Shown in pieces: positions 1 to 9,223 of a stretch of DNA of 54,225 bases; position 1 is the stretch's first letter; each line of letters starts with the position of its first letter. This DNA is from a virus (Duplodnaviria > Caudoviricetes). Position numbers and translations under genes: made by a program. Under the pieces are notes generated by a model. The model saw only the letters and a program-made list of their open reading frames with translations. It did not search any database and was not told where the DNA came from. The stretch spans positions 1-54,225 of IMG/VR virus record IMGVR_UViG_3300028840_001956. One strand, written 5' to 3'.

Positions 1-19
1 TCTGACATTTGTTTTCCCC

Positions 20-793
20 CTATGATTTGTTTGCTACCATTTTAACTTCGTCGGTGACCTCAATTTTCAGGCCAGGTATTTTCTCTCCGGCCTTGACAGC
101 CTTATTTACCTTGGATGCGATCACGGTTAGGTACTCGCTCGGAACCTTTGTGATATCAGATACCGTCCAGGTATATTTCTTTTCGAGTCCAGCTGAGCCG
201 CTGGCTGTTTTTATCGGGCCACTGACTGCAGGTGCAGGCGGAGCTATCGGTGCCGGAACCTCTGCCGTTGCAAAACCAGGAGTGAGTTCCTGCTGTTCAC
301 CGGCGCTTGCCTTACGCCTTTCTTCTTCAGCCCTGAGGCGCTCGTTTTCCTTTTCCTTCTCCGCAATCATGATAGGCCGGATCTTCTGGCGCAGGCTTTC
401 CTGAATGGCTTCGAGCCTGCTCTGAACACCCTTTGCCAGTTGGTCGAGCTTTTTCCCGAATGCGAGATACGGAGCCTTAACCTCAACCCTGGTTTTTTCG
501 ATTTTGTTGATATACTGTTTGGCCTGGGTACCCATGCCTATTGCCTTTTCCATAGATACGACGTCGATGACCTTGTGTTCGTCTGCCTGCTTCGCCATAT
601 CATCAACGTATTTATGGACCTTCGCAAACATCTGGTTTACCGGAGTTAGATCAAAAGACTGCTTCCTGACCATAACTTCGTCGATCCATACTGTGTCCTT
701 GTCTTCACCGGATTCATCAACCGGAATCTCGACTTTCTCCGGCGCAGGCTCTTCCTTTACTTCTTCTTTTTTCCTCGACAATTTTAAACCCAT
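20..793 (-). CDS. Coiled-coil phage protein, Gp157/Gam-like, recombination-associated
   Basis: 257-aa ORF with a helical core and C-terminal 'WTVSDITKVPSEYL...IPGLKI' typical of this class; GGGGG RBS upstream; follows the nuclease gene. Confidence 0.55.
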   Translation of the reverse strand: MGLKLSRKKEEVKEEPAPEKVEIPVDESGEDKDTVWIDEVMVRKQSFDLTPVNQMFAKVHKYVDDMAKQADEHKVIDVVSMEKAIGMGTQAKQYINKIEKTRVEVKAPYLAFGKKLDQLAKGVQSRLEAIQESLRQKIRPIMIAEKEKENERLRAEEERRKASAGEQQELTPGFATAEVPAPIAPPAPAVSGPIKTASGSAGLEKKYTWTVSDITKVPSEYLTVIASKVNKAVKAGEKIPGLKIEVTDEVKMVANKS

Positions 794-802
794 GTTTCCC
801 CC

Positions 803-1348
803 CTACAGCATTAAAGTGTGATAGAGATCGTTCGCATACAGGAAGCGGTTTTGGTCAAGCGTGTGATCCAAATACTCGTTAATCAGCGCATTTTTGGTGC
901 CGTCTTCCCTTCCCCTGACTGCTATCCTTACGTCTATCTTTTTGTCAGGGTTATGCTTTTCATAAAGCAATTTGTATCCACCGGTCTGAAGCTTCCAGGT
1001 TTTGCTTTGGGCAACGGCTGTCTTAAAATCAATCAGTGCCAGCCTGCTGTCCACAAGGTACGCAACGACGTCGAGCTTTCCGGTGAATTTATAAAGGTCG
1101 TCCTGATATCTCTTCTCAACCTCGACAACCTCTTTTATATTGGCGTCGCACCAGCGCATGATCGTATCAACATATCCCTGAAACGCTGGGTTGATTGGAG
1201 CAGCCCACGAGTTATTGAGTTTACACCCAACAACTCGGTGGGCTTCGCTCCCTCTTTTTTGATGTATTGGTTTGAACCATCTGGTATCCACAAACGGCGT
1301 CAAGATGTCTGTCACGCTTGGGTACCCTGTATTATTTTCGTATGCCAT
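803..1348 (-). CDS. PD-(D/E)XK (Cas4-like/RecB-like) exonuclease
   Basis: 'YPSVTDIL', 'EVEKR...FTGKLDVV...LIDFKT...QTGGY' motifs; start moved to ATG 1348, just below the promoter at 1355-1383. Confidence 0.8.
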   Translation of the reverse strand: MAYENNTGYPSVTDILTPFVDTRWFKPIHQKRGSEAHRVVGCKLNNSWAAPINPAFQGYVDTIMRWCDANIKEVVEVEKRYQDDLYKFTGKLDVVAYLVDSRLALIDFKTAVAQSKTWKLQTGGYKLLYEKHNPDKKIDVRIAVRGREDGTKNALINEYLDHTLDQNRFLYANDLYHTLML

Positions 1349-1354
1349 AATTAC

Positions 1355-1385
1355 ATTGTAACATAGTCTTCGCCTTTTGTTAACC
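1355..1385 (-). promoter_or_regulatory. Sigma70-type promoter, conserved-spacer family (TTAACA-17-TACAAT)
   Basis: Reverse complement GGTTAACA aaaggcgaagactatgt TACAAT; near-identical to copies at 4844, 9667 and 15902. Confidence 0.75.
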
Positions 1386-1414
1386 ACTAATTGAAAAAAA
1401 ATTAAAGTTTTTAC

Positions 1415-1443
1415 TTGACAGGCCGATAGTAATAGTGTAATAT
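1415..1443 (+). promoter_or_regulatory. Sigma70-type promoter, divergent from the previous one
   Basis: TTGACA (1415-1420), 17 bp, TAATAT; AT-rich UP-like tract upstream. Confidence 0.6.
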
Positions 1444-1474
1444 GAAAACACGATCAAAAATCAAAAGGGGGAAC

Positions 1475-1663
1475 ATGAATCACATTCTAAGCCTTCAACA
1501 ACAAGTCGAAACATTCATCGCTCAGAAACGCGAACTCCAGGAAGGTATCAAGGAGCTAAAGAGCTACCTTCAATCCAGCAAATTCAATTGCGGAGACGAG
1601 CTTGATGGATACGTAAGTATCCAAGACGTCCTGAACCGTTTACCAGAAATCATAGGGGGATAA
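1475..1663 (+). CDS. Small hypothetical early protein
   Basis: ORF with AAGGGGG RBS before ATG 1475. Confidence 0.6.
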   Translation: MNHILSLQQQVETFIAQKRELQEGIKELKSYLQSSKFNCGDELDGYVSIQDVLNRLPEIIGG

Positions 1664-1939
1664 ATGCAAAAGTATAATGACACCAGAGTAGCTCAGGGCG
1701 GTAGTGGATCAGGAAGGATGGACAGACGCCAGGCATATGTAGAGATTATGAGGATCGCCGAGGCAGGCACGCCAGGTGAGTTGACAACCACCGTGTGCGA
1801 AGCTGCCGGTATCAGCCTGGACACCTTTCTCCAGTTTGCCCAGCTTGACAAAGAGACCCAGGTCTCTGTGATTCGGAAGCTCGCCAGGAGTATTGAGCTT
1901 CATTACCTTACTGACGTTTACGGACATTGCAGTCAATAA
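1664..1939 (+). CDS. Hypothetical protein
   Basis: 91-aa ORF abutting the previous stop; AGGGGG RBS. Confidence 0.55.
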   Translation: MQKYNDTRVAQGGSGSGRMDRRQAYVEIMRIAEAGTPGELTTTVCEAAGISLDTFLQFAQLDKETQVSVIRKLARSIELHYLTDVYGHCSQ

Positions 1940-1958
1940 TATAACAGGGGGGGGAACC

Positions 1959-2189
1959 ATGAAAAAGTCTCACGCTCATAACGAACTGTCTAATATCAAG
2001 TGTGTCGGAGAAGGCTGTGAAAAACTGATAAAGGCTCGCATGGCCGCGAAGGGGCGCAGGCGCTGTTACGGTTGCTATAAGAAAAAAGAGGCGGCTCGTG
2101 GTCACTTCATTGACATGCACCCCAGGAAGAAGCGTGTCGAAAAAGGGCTGCCGGTAAAAAATTTCAAGAAAATTGCGTCGTGGGGTTGA
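1959..2189 (+). CDS. Small basic Cys-rich (Zn-finger-like) protein
   Basis: CxxxxC...CxxC; poly-G RBS before ATG 1959. Confidence 0.6.
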   Translation: MKKSHAHNELSNIKCVGEGCEKLIKARMAAKGRRRCYGCYKKKEAARGHFIDMHPRKKRVEKGLPVKNFKKIASWG

Positions 2190-2214
2190 CAAACACAAAA
2201 CCGTGTGTTATAGT
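2186..2214 (+). promoter_or_regulatory. Sigma70-type promoter
   Basis: TTGACA-17-TATAGT with TG extension; ATG 2221 follows 6 nt later. Confidence 0.75.
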
Positions 2215-2220
2215 GTAAAT

Positions 2221-2907
2221 ATGAATGAGAAAAAAATACATAAATTCGAATTAGCTGGACTCGGGAAAGCACCATTTCGGTGTGTCGGCATGGCTCAGAT
2301 ACCTTCGGCTTCGCTGGCTGAGCATAATCCAGAGGGTTATAACAACATGATGAAAATGGTACCTTCAGCCTACAGGTGCGGAACTTGTAGCTATTGCGGC
2401 CAAGCCATCATGCACTGCTATCTTATTGATTCTGCCGATGGAAATAAGTTTTCAGTCGGATGTGAATGCGTCAGGAAGACGGGAGACGCTGGCCTCGTTA
2501 ACAAACAGAAGGCCCTTAAGCGTCAGGCAGATGCCGAAAAGAGACGTCAGAAACGCCAGGAAGCCTATGAGCGCGAGCTTGACGCCCAGCGCCAGCGGAA
2601 CGGCGGCCTGACCGACTATGAGGTACGCGAGCAAAAGCGTGAGGAAGAGCGCCGGATTGAAAGCCGGAAGGCAGATCGCCGGAAGAACCTACTCCAGGGA
2701 CTCGCTGCCAGAATGCGCGATGGTAAGGGTGGCTTTTGCGACTCCATAGCGCAGACCCTTGCTGAGGGCGGGTTGCCGGTCGGTAGGGGTTTGGACATTA
2801 CCTGCGATATCCTCGCCAAACAGTGTGGACGCAGAAATAGCAAGGCTTACAATAAAGAGTATGATGAAGTCGAGAAAACTCTCGAAGCTGCTGAACTTAT
2901 TAAATAG
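2221..2907 (+). CDS. Hypothetical protein with N-terminal Zn-binding motif and coiled coil
   Basis: 'CGTCSYCG...H...GCECV' then an R/E-rich helix; probably leaderless. Confidence 0.7.
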   Translation: MNEKKIHKFELAGLGKAPFRCVGMAQIPSASLAEHNPEGYNNMMKMVPSAYRCGTCSYCGQAIMHCYLIDSADGNKFSVGCECVRKTGDAGLVNKQKALKRQADAEKRRQKRQEAYERELDAQRQRNGGLTDYEVREQKREEERRIESRKADRRKNLLQGLAARMRDGKGGFCDSIAQTLAEGGLPVGRGLDITCDILAKQCGRRNSKAYNKEYDEVEKTLEAAELIK

Positions 2908-2915
2908 GGGGATCT

Positions 2916-3260
2916 ATGACAGAACAAAAATTCAACTCACTATCAACAGGACTCTGCGACATTGTTAGTAACTCAGTAAGTGAAATCCGGTCGGCTCTTG
3001 AAATTGCCCAGCCGTTCAACGACTACGAGGAAGATGTTAATCAGGACTTCCTCTCGACAACGAAATATCAGTGCGAGCTTATGCTCGAACTGCTTGCCTC
3101 TCACGAAGAGATTCATAAAAATTTCCTTGAGGCGAGGCGTGTCGGCGAAAAGAAGGAGCGACTATATTGCTTCAGATGCCATGGCAAGGTGACGGTATCG
3201 GCTAATGGATACGTCGGATGTGAAACCTGCGGAACAGACCAGGACAGAAAAGATGACTAA
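2916..3260 (+). CDS. Hypothetical protein with C-terminal Zn ribbon
   Basis: CxxC...CxxC at the C-terminus; AGGGGG RBS. Confidence 0.6.
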   Translation: MTEQKFNSLSTGLCDIVSNSVSEIRSALEIAQPFNDYEEDVNQDFLSTTKYQCELMLELLASHEEIHKNFLEARRVGEKKERLYCFRCHGKVTVSANGYVGCETCGTDQDRKDD

Positions 3261-3435
3261 GTTATTATTAACATGGGGGAGCTATCCACCCGAAACAGAG
3301 ACCTGTAAACGAACGCTGCCAGAGTTGCAGCCGAAACAGCCGGTGAAAGTCCAAGCGACTTCTGCTAAGGGTCTCCCCCTGTTAATTCAAGACGGCGACT
3401 ATCGACCAGGTACCAAAATAGACACATACATATAA
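3253..3435 (+). CDS. Small hypothetical protein
   Basis: Start overlaps the previous stop and fills the gap in the operon. Confidence 0.45.
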   Translation: MTKLLLTWGSYPPETETCKRTLPELQPKQPVKVQATSAKGLPLLIQDGDYRPGTKIDTYI

Positions 3436-3447
3436 GGGGGAATAATT

Positions 3448-3624
3448 ATGGAATGCCCATTTTGCGGTGGACCAGGAGAAGAACTCGGGACGCTCGGTAG
3501 AAACACTTACGAACGGTGCCAGGACTGCGGCGGCGAATTCACAAGCGAAGCCCCCTCTGAGTCCTACGATGAAGAGGGAGATGACCTTTTTGATGACGAG
3601 AATTGGACTAATTGGTGTAACTAA
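3448..3624 (+). CDS. Small Zn-finger protein with acidic tail (Lar-like CPFCG); 58 aa, absent from the ORF track
   Basis: MECPFCGG...RCQDCG...DEEGDDLFDDENW; AAGGGGG RBS. Confidence 0.6.
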   Translation: MECPFCGGPGEELGTLGRNTYERCQDCGGEFTSEAPSESYDEEGDDLFDDENWTNWCN

Positions 3625-4046
3625 TGAGATTCAGGAGATTGGGATCGTCGGCATACAGGGATAGGCAGTCACGGATGTTTGAGGCTGCCTGCGTTAAACC
3701 GGAAAAACCACAGGAGAAAATAATGCTAAAAAGCACGATGTATTTCGGAAGAAAAGTCGTTTGGAAGGACTATACCGGAAAGACCATTGAAGATCAGGTC
3801 ACCCAAATGAACTGGATCGCCTTTCTTGAGCAGGTTGTAGAAAAACACTTTTCTGGATACACCTGGTATGATGCCAACGGTGTATGGATGGGCGAGAGGG
3901 AAGAGACCTTCGTCCTTGAGATCATCCACGAGAAGGCTTCTGAACACGCCTCTGCGATTGCTGCGATTGCTGGTGAGTATAGAAAGCTTTTTAACCAGGA
4001 TTCCGTAGCGATAACCGTGACAGAGCTAACATTCGTCCAGGCATAA
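3624..4046 (+). CDS. DUF3574-like (PII/ferredoxin-fold) protein, possible SAM-lyase relative; alternative start 3723
   Basis: 'FSGYTWYDANGVW.GEREETFVLEI...YRKLFNQDSV' pattern; AGGAG RBS before ATG 3723. Confidence 0.6.
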   Translation: MRFRRLGSSAYRDRQSRMFEAACVKPEKPQEKIMLKSTMYFGRKVVWKDYTGKTIEDQVTQMNWIAFLEQVVEKHFSGYTWYDANGVWMGEREETFVLEIIHEKASEHASAIAAIAGEYRKLFNQDSVAITVTELTFVQA

Positions 4047-4059
4047 ATTTAAAAATCGC

Positions 4060-4088
4060 TTGACATTAGTTTTCCTTCATGTTACTAT
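4060..4088 (+). promoter_or_regulatory. Sigma70-type promoter
   Basis: TTGACA ttagttttccttcatgt TACTAT; spacer resembles the promoter at 20152-20180. Confidence 0.65.
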
Positions 4089-4130
4089 TATTAAAGCATG
4101 AAGGAAAACCAAAATCAAGGGGGATACTCT

Positions 4131-4265
4131 ATGTCAGCAAATGTAATCTTTTTTCCATACGACAAACTGGCTCAGATGGCAGAATTCGTTTCCGCACTCA
4201 GGTTTAACGGTGGAGACTTCACAAGCGAGACCGCCGCCGAGGGCTGGTACATAACCATTCACTAA
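4131..4265 (+). CDS. 44-aa hypothetical protein, absent from the ORF track
   Basis: AAGGGGG RBS; first ORF after the promoter. Confidence 0.5.
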   Translation: MSANVIFFPYDKLAQMAEFVSALRFNGGDFTSETAAEGWYITIH

Positions 4266-4507
4266 AAAAAAGGGGGGGGGATATGAGTCCACTAACAATA
4301 ACAATTTGCAAGTATATTGCCCTCGGTCTCCAGGTAGGGATCGTCGGCTGCGGAGCCGGTATCTTTGTTTGGCATATGCTCCGGCTGGTGGGGGTGATAA
4401 ATGATGAAGCGTAGACCTTCAAAGCTGAGTAAATATATGACATACGGTTTTATGCTTTTAATGGCTTTATTCTCGGCCTTCGCTGGCCTGCTTACGGGGG
4501 GATATTA

Positions 4508-4849
4508 ATGAGTGATTATACTGATTTAGTCTGGCCTGGTAACAAGGTTGTTTGGGACCCTAAGGAACTTGAAGAGGCATGGAAGGTAGCACACGACGCC
4601 TTCTATAATTTCAAGACAGAGCGCGAGTCCGAATACCAGGACGAGCCGGACAGGGCCGAGGCCACCTTCCAGGAGATAGGAGACGAGCTTGGGATCTCTA
4701 AGGTAATGGCGCTGAAGGTGTATAAGAAGGCGCTCGGAAAAGCTGGACACCTGTTTAAAAAAGCCGGTGTCACGCTGGATTCGATAGCTCCCGACCCTGA
4801 CGCCAGCTATCGGTATGAGCGCGAGATCCATAATTTAATTAATGGTTAA
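4508..4849 (+). CDS. HTH protein (sigma-70 region 4-like)
   Basis: 'ATFQEIGDELGISKVMALKVYKKALGK'. Confidence 0.7.
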   Translation: MSDYTDLVWPGNKVVWDPKELEEAWKVAHDAFYNFKTERESEYQDEPDRAEATFQEIGDELGISKVMALKVYKKALGKAGHLFKKAGVTLDSIAPDPDASYRYEREIHNLING

Positions 4850-4874
4850 CAAAAGGCGAAGAGTGTGTTATACT
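4844..4874 (+). promoter_or_regulatory. Sigma70-type promoter, conserved-spacer family
   Basis: GGTTAACA aaaggcgaagagtgtgt TATACT. Confidence 0.75.
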
Positions 4875-4884
4875 GAGGGGAGCT

Positions 4885-5298
4885 ATGGATTTAATTCACA
4901 GAATAAAAATAATACACGGAAAGAAGATCTACGAAGATCCAGCCATGTATGCGTTGGACTTATTAACGCTAAAGCACGATTGGCTGTATGAGCAGATTAT
5001 CCGTAGCATTAAGAAGAAACGAACCGACAGGCAGAATAGATATTATTGGGGTGTTGTCATTGATTATATCGCTCGTCAAATGGGGGAGAGCGATAGGAAT
5101 GAAGTCCATAAGTCCCTCGCCAGGAACTTTCTTGGATTCGAGGAAGAGAGCTACGGCGGCGTATCGTTCGAGAAGGTACCGAGCACCACCAGCTTAAGCA
5201 CAGTCGAATTCACAGAATATATTGAGGCTGTCCGAAGGTGGGCTGCCGAGTTCCTGTATATTAATATACCGGACCCTGACCAGGTGGATTTTATATGA
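4885..5298 (+). CDS. NinB/Orf-like recombination protein
   Basis: 'RTDRQNRYYWG...STTSLSTVEFTEYIE' motifs. Confidence 0.7.
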   Translation: MDLIHRIKIIHGKKIYEDPAMYALDLLTLKHDWLYEQIIRSIKKKRTDRQNRYYWGVVIDYIARQMGESDRNEVHKSLARNFLGFEEESYGGVSFEKVPSTTSLSTVEFTEYIEAVRRWAAEFLYINIPDPDQVDFI

Positions 5299-5681
5299 GC
5301 CTTACTATCTGTAAAAAGTGTGGAGCCGAAAGGGACGGTGACCTGGACTTCTATAAGTCGAGGCCGAGGGTATGTAAAACCTGCATTAGAGAGCAGGCTC
5401 GATCCTACTACCACGATAACAAGGAAAAATTTATAAAGTGGCAGCGTGAGAACAGAGACCGCACCAGGCAGTACAATAGGAATGACAACAAATTAAAAAG
5501 AAAAGCCAGGTCGAAGGTGGCATATGCCATAAAGACCGGTAAATTATTACGAAAAACGATATGTGAGGAATGTGGAGAGGACGGTAGCCTTCATGCTCAC
5601 CATGATGACTATTCAAAGCCTCTCGACGTCAGGTTTCTCTGCCGGAAATGCCACAGTCTTTTACACAGGAAGGATAAATAA
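5295..5681 (+). CDS. HNH endonuclease
   Basis: 'CEECG...HAHHDDYSKPLDVRFLCRKCH'; N-terminal CxxC pairs. Confidence 0.8.
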   Translation: MSLTICKKCGAERDGDLDFYKSRPRVCKTCIREQARSYYHDNKEKFIKWQRENRDRTRQYNRNDNKLKRKARSKVAYAIKTGKLLRKTICEECGEDGSLHAHHDDYSKPLDVRFLCRKCHSLLHRKDK

Positions 5682-6643
5682 TGAAGTGGTTTAAACATAT
5701 GTCAGATGCGTCTGATAACCCGCTTTTGCGAGAGATAAGGGAAGAGTATGGGGTTGTTGGAATAGGCCGTTGGTGGCTCATTGTCGAAGCCATAGCAAAG
5801 CAAATGGACCTCTATTCAGATAAAGACTCTGCGTCATATCACGTTAAAGCCTGGAGTCGAATTATCGGAGCAAAGATAAAAACAACAGTAGAATTTATGC
5901 GTTTTTTAGCAGATGATCCCACAAGTAATATGAGTGCCATATTCTACGATAGCAATCAGATCGGTAGCAAGAAACTGTCCGACAAAGAGGTTGATAATCG
6001 CGTCACATTATCGTCACAAAACCGTCACAAAACCGCCACGTTGCGGAAATGCGGCGGTTTTGTTATTGAAATGCGACTTCCTAAGTTACTGGAATTACGG
6101 GATTCAAAGAATGCCGTGAGGACTCACAGAGGAGCCATAGAAGTAGAAGAAGAAGTAGAAAAAGAAAATACTAAAAGAAAAAAACCGGCGAAGGCCAAAA
6201 AAACAAAACCAAAAGCACCCAGGACGGCGCTGAAGGAACACCAGGATATTGTCGATATGTACGAGAACACCGATGACCTTCCTGCCAAGTGGCGGGATTG
6301 GGCAATCAAGAAAGGGGTCACGATAAATCCGAGGATTATCTTTGAGGACTTCTGCCGGAACCACCTGAAGCGTGAAAGCCAATGGGTTGATTGGTACCGC
6401 ACATGGCAAACATGGATAGCTCAATCGCCGGAGATGAATGCCCACTATTTTGCGAAGGCGTCTTCGCTTGACGTTCGCATTGAAAGAATCTATGAACACT
6501 TTGCTGACCAGGGGTTATTTGGAAACGATCCAGAGTTTGTTGAAGTTGATTATCGACAGGCCGTGGGACAGGCCAAGCTTATAGACCCTAACCACAAGCC
6601 ACCTACCATCAACGAATTGAGGGAAAAATATGCCAGAGCTTAA
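5681..6643 (+). CDS. Phage replication initiator (lambda O-like organisation)
   Basis: 'MKWFKHMSDA..' N-terminus, EEEVEKE linker, directly upstream of DnaB, internal repeats. Confidence 0.7.
   Translation: MKWFKHMSDASDNPLLREIREEYGVVGIGRWWLIVEAIAKQMDLYSDKDSASYHVKAWSRIIGAKIKTTVEFMRFLADDPTSNMSAIFYDSNQIGSKKLSDKEVDNRVTLSSQNRHKTATLRKCGGFVIEMRLPKLLELRDSKNAVRTHRGAIEVEEEVEKENTKRKKPAKAKKTKPKAPRTALKEHQDIVDMYENTDDLPAKWRDWAIKKGVTINPRIIFEDFCRNHLKRESQWVDWYRTWQTWIAQSPEMNAHYFAKASSLDVRIERIYEHFADQGLFGNDPEFVEVDYRQAVGQAKLIDPNHKPPTINELREKYARA
6001..6060 (+). repeat. Iteron-like 11-bp-period repeats (putative replication origin)
   Basis: CGTCACA at 6001, 6012, 6023 and CGCCACG at 6034; inverted AAACCGCC/GGCGGTTT; A-rich tract about 6140-6210. 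Confidence 0.55.
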
Positions 6644-7985
6644 TATAAATCCATCTGTACCGCCGAATGTCCAGGAGATGGAAGAGAGTGTCCTGTGTGC
6701 CTCGCTTATCCACCCTAACGACGTTCTCGATATTGTCGATAGTCTCCAGGCTCACCACTTCTACTCGATTGCTAATCAGAAAATATTTGGTCTGATATCA
6801 GAGCTTGTCCAGAAGGGAGTTGGGCCGGACCTGTCAGCCGTAATGAATGCAGCCACCGAGAGGAACCTTGTCGAGGAAATAGGCGGTGCAATGAAATTAT
6901 CAAGGCTGATAGATTCGCCGCCACCGACAGACCTTGAGCATTACATCGAAAAGATCAAGGAAAAATATACGCTCAGGAAGGGGATCGAAATCTGCAACGC
7001 GATGACGAAAAGCTGTTTTAGGGACGGCGGCGACGCCAGGGAGACGATAGACAGATTTCAGCAAGACATATTCGAACTCGGCTATGGTATGCAGGGGGAG
7101 AGGGTTTCGTCTATGGCCGATATCGTCCAGGGAAGCTTCGACCACTTTGAGGCTCTATTCCAGCGTGGTAAGGGGATAACCGGAATACCGTCAGGGTTTT
7201 ATGATTGGGATTGGACCCTATCCGGCTTCCAGAAAACAGACCTGATAATTCTTGCAGCGAGGCCGAGCATGGGTAAGACATCTCTTGCATTGCAGGCAGG
7301 AGTTAATATCGCGAAGCAGGGAACTCCGGTCTCAGTCTTCTCTCTCGAAATGAGTAAGTCCCAATTGCGCGATAAGGCCATCGCGTTCGAGGCTGGCGTC
7401 GATACAAATAAATTCAGGCAGGGCGGGTTCTCGCTCGACGAGCAGGCGAGGGTTACCAGGTGTCTTGATAAATTCTACCAACTCCCGTTGTATATCGACG
7501 ATACCGCCGCCCTTCATTGGATGGAGATAAAGCGTCGGGCCAGAAAATACAAGGTCAAGTATGGAATCGAGCTTGTGATAATTGACCACCTTCAGTTGGT
7601 CCAGGGTGAAAGGGGAGAGAATAGAAACAACGAATTGGGAGCCATGACAGCCGGATTTAAGGCTATGGCAAAAGACCTTGACATTCCTGTCATTGTACTC
7701 AGTCAGCTAAATAGACAGCTTGAGCAAAGGACAGATCGGCGTCCTCAGTTGGCTGATTTAAGGGAGTCTGGCAACATCGAGCAGGATGCCGACGTATGCT
7801 CATTTCTATATCGCCCTGGTTACTATGGCCTCGAAGAAGAGGTTATGAATCAGACGGACATAATGACGCTGAAGCAGCGCAATGGGCCGACCGGAACCTC
7901 TACGGTGCAATTCCACCCGAGTACAGCGAGCTTTAGGAATATCGAACGAATTATCAGAGAGGAACGTCCGAGGTACAAAGATTGA
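6630..7985 (+). CDS. dnaB: Replicative DNA helicase
   Basis: 'AARPSMGKT', 'VIIDHLQL', 'LSQLNR', 'DLRESGNIEQDAD', 'KQRNGPTG'. Confidence 0.95.
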   Translation: MPELNINPSVPPNVQEMEESVLCASLIHPNDVLDIVDSLQAHHFYSIANQKIFGLISELVQKGVGPDLSAVMNAATERNLVEEIGGAMKLSRLIDSPPPTDLEHYIEKIKEKYTLRKGIEICNAMTKSCFRDGGDARETIDRFQQDIFELGYGMQGERVSSMADIVQGSFDHFEALFQRGKGITGIPSGFYDWDWTLSGFQKTDLIILAARPSMGKTSLALQAGVNIAKQGTPVSVFSLEMSKSQLRDKAIAFEAGVDTNKFRQGGFSLDEQARVTRCLDKFYQLPLYIDDTAALHWMEIKRRARKYKVKYGIELVIIDHLQLVQGERGENRNNELGAMTAGFKAMAKDLDIPVIVLSQLNRQLEQRTDRRPQLADLRESGNIEQDADVCSFLYRPGYYGLEEEVMNQTDIMTLKQRNGPTGTSTVQFHPSTASFRNIERIIREERPRYKD

Positions 7986-8254
7986 AATGTTTACTATGCA
8001 AGAGTGAGGCGCTACCAGGTTATTCGAAATGCAAGGTGTGTCTCGACAGGAATGTGAGATTTATGCGGAAGAAGAGGGCGCTTGATGAAGGATATCGCGA
8101 GCGAGAGAGTGCAAGGTCACGGAATAAGAGGATTCAGTATGTGGCCGAAGGGCGCTGTATACGATGCTCTAAAAAATTAGATCCAGATTGCGATGCCGGA
8201 AAAAAACAATGTCTAAATTGCAGGGAAAGGAGCTACGAATATGCTAAGATTTGA
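7982..8254 (+). CDS. Cys-rich Zn-finger protein
   Basis: Four CxxC pairs; TTG start overlaps the dnaB stop. Confidence 0.6.
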   Translation: MKCLLCKSEALPGYSKCKVCLDRNVRFMRKKRALDEGYRERESARSRNKRIQYVAEGRCIRCSKKLDPDCDAGKKQCLNCRERSYEYAKI

Positions 8255-9209
8255 TTTTACATTGCCCCACGAAGATATGAATTTATTTCTTGTGAGCGAC
8301 GATCACGAGGGGTCAGCGAACAGACATCATAACGGTTGGAATATGATGGCCGATATGGTGACATCAAAATGGGACGGGCTGCCGGTCGAGCGCAACAAGG
8401 TTATAGACCACGGCGACTTTATGGAAGCCATACTGGTGAACGACAAACGGTACCAATTCAACAATACAGTTGTGTATGATGACGTCCTGAACGATGAAGT
8501 CAGGCACAACCAGAGCAACTTTAAGACCAAGCGCCTCGTAAAGCGCGAGAACGCAATGGCCCAGCTTGACCAGGCCGTAAAGAACCGCGAGCCGTTTGTG
8601 GATCATATCCTTATGATCCTCGATGGAAATCATCCCCAGCGGCTGCACGCATTCGGAGACTTAACCGGAGAGCTGTGCAGGCGTCTCGGTGTTAACTATG
8701 GGACATACACTTCACATATCACATACCGGTCTCCGTCGTTTCTCGGTGGCGGTCACTTTATGTTTAACCACTTCGCAGGACACGGCTGGAGATCAGTGAA
8801 TTCAAACGTCGAGCCGCCAGAGCGTGCCAAGGTCAATATGCAGATCTCCCTAAAGAATCATCTGAAGGCTCAGGCAGGAGACTGTCTACTTATGTCAATG
8901 GGTCACACTCATAAACTTCTCGTGAAGCCGCCCATATCACAGCTTTACATAGAAGCTGAGGAAGAGGTCCTGGTACAGAAATATACGTCAGCAAAGAAGC
9001 ATGACGGCTTCATACACCCTGATTATCGGTGGTTTGTGAATACCGGAAGCTTCTTAAAACTATATGGGCCGGAAAGCGGTTACGCCGAGCGTGCCGGATA
9101 CCCGCCCAACGAACTCGGCTTCGCACTCGTCGAGATACGAGGGGGTGACATAAAAGCGATCAAGCGTATTGTCGTAGGCTCTACGGGCCTACTTATTTTT
9201 AACGACTAA
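8241..9209 (+). CDS. Calcineurin-like metallophosphoesterase
   Basis: DxH ('SDDHEG'), GD, GNH, HG and GHTH motifs. Confidence 0.85.
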   Translation: MLRFDFTLPHEDMNLFLVSDDHEGSANRHHNGWNMMADMVTSKWDGLPVERNKVIDHGDFMEAILVNDKRYQFNNTVVYDDVLNDEVRHNQSNFKTKRLVKRENAMAQLDQAVKNREPFVDHILMILDGNHPQRLHAFGDLTGELCRRLGVNYGTYTSHITYRSPSFLGGGHFMFNHFAGHGWRSVNSNVEPPERAKVNMQISLKNHLKAQAGDCLLMSMGHTHKLLVKPPISQLYIEAEEEVLVQKYTSAKKHDGFIHPDYRWFVNTGSFLKLYGPESGYAERAGYPPNELGFALVEIRGGDIKAIKRIVVGSTGLLIFND

Positions 9210-9223
9210 ATGGAGATTGAAAA

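Noticed and set aside
1349-1387. Longer N-terminus of the nuclease in the ORF track (MVNKRRRLCYNVI)
   Set aside because: This stretch is the promoter itself; the same applies to the extensions at 2173-2220 and 20104-20151
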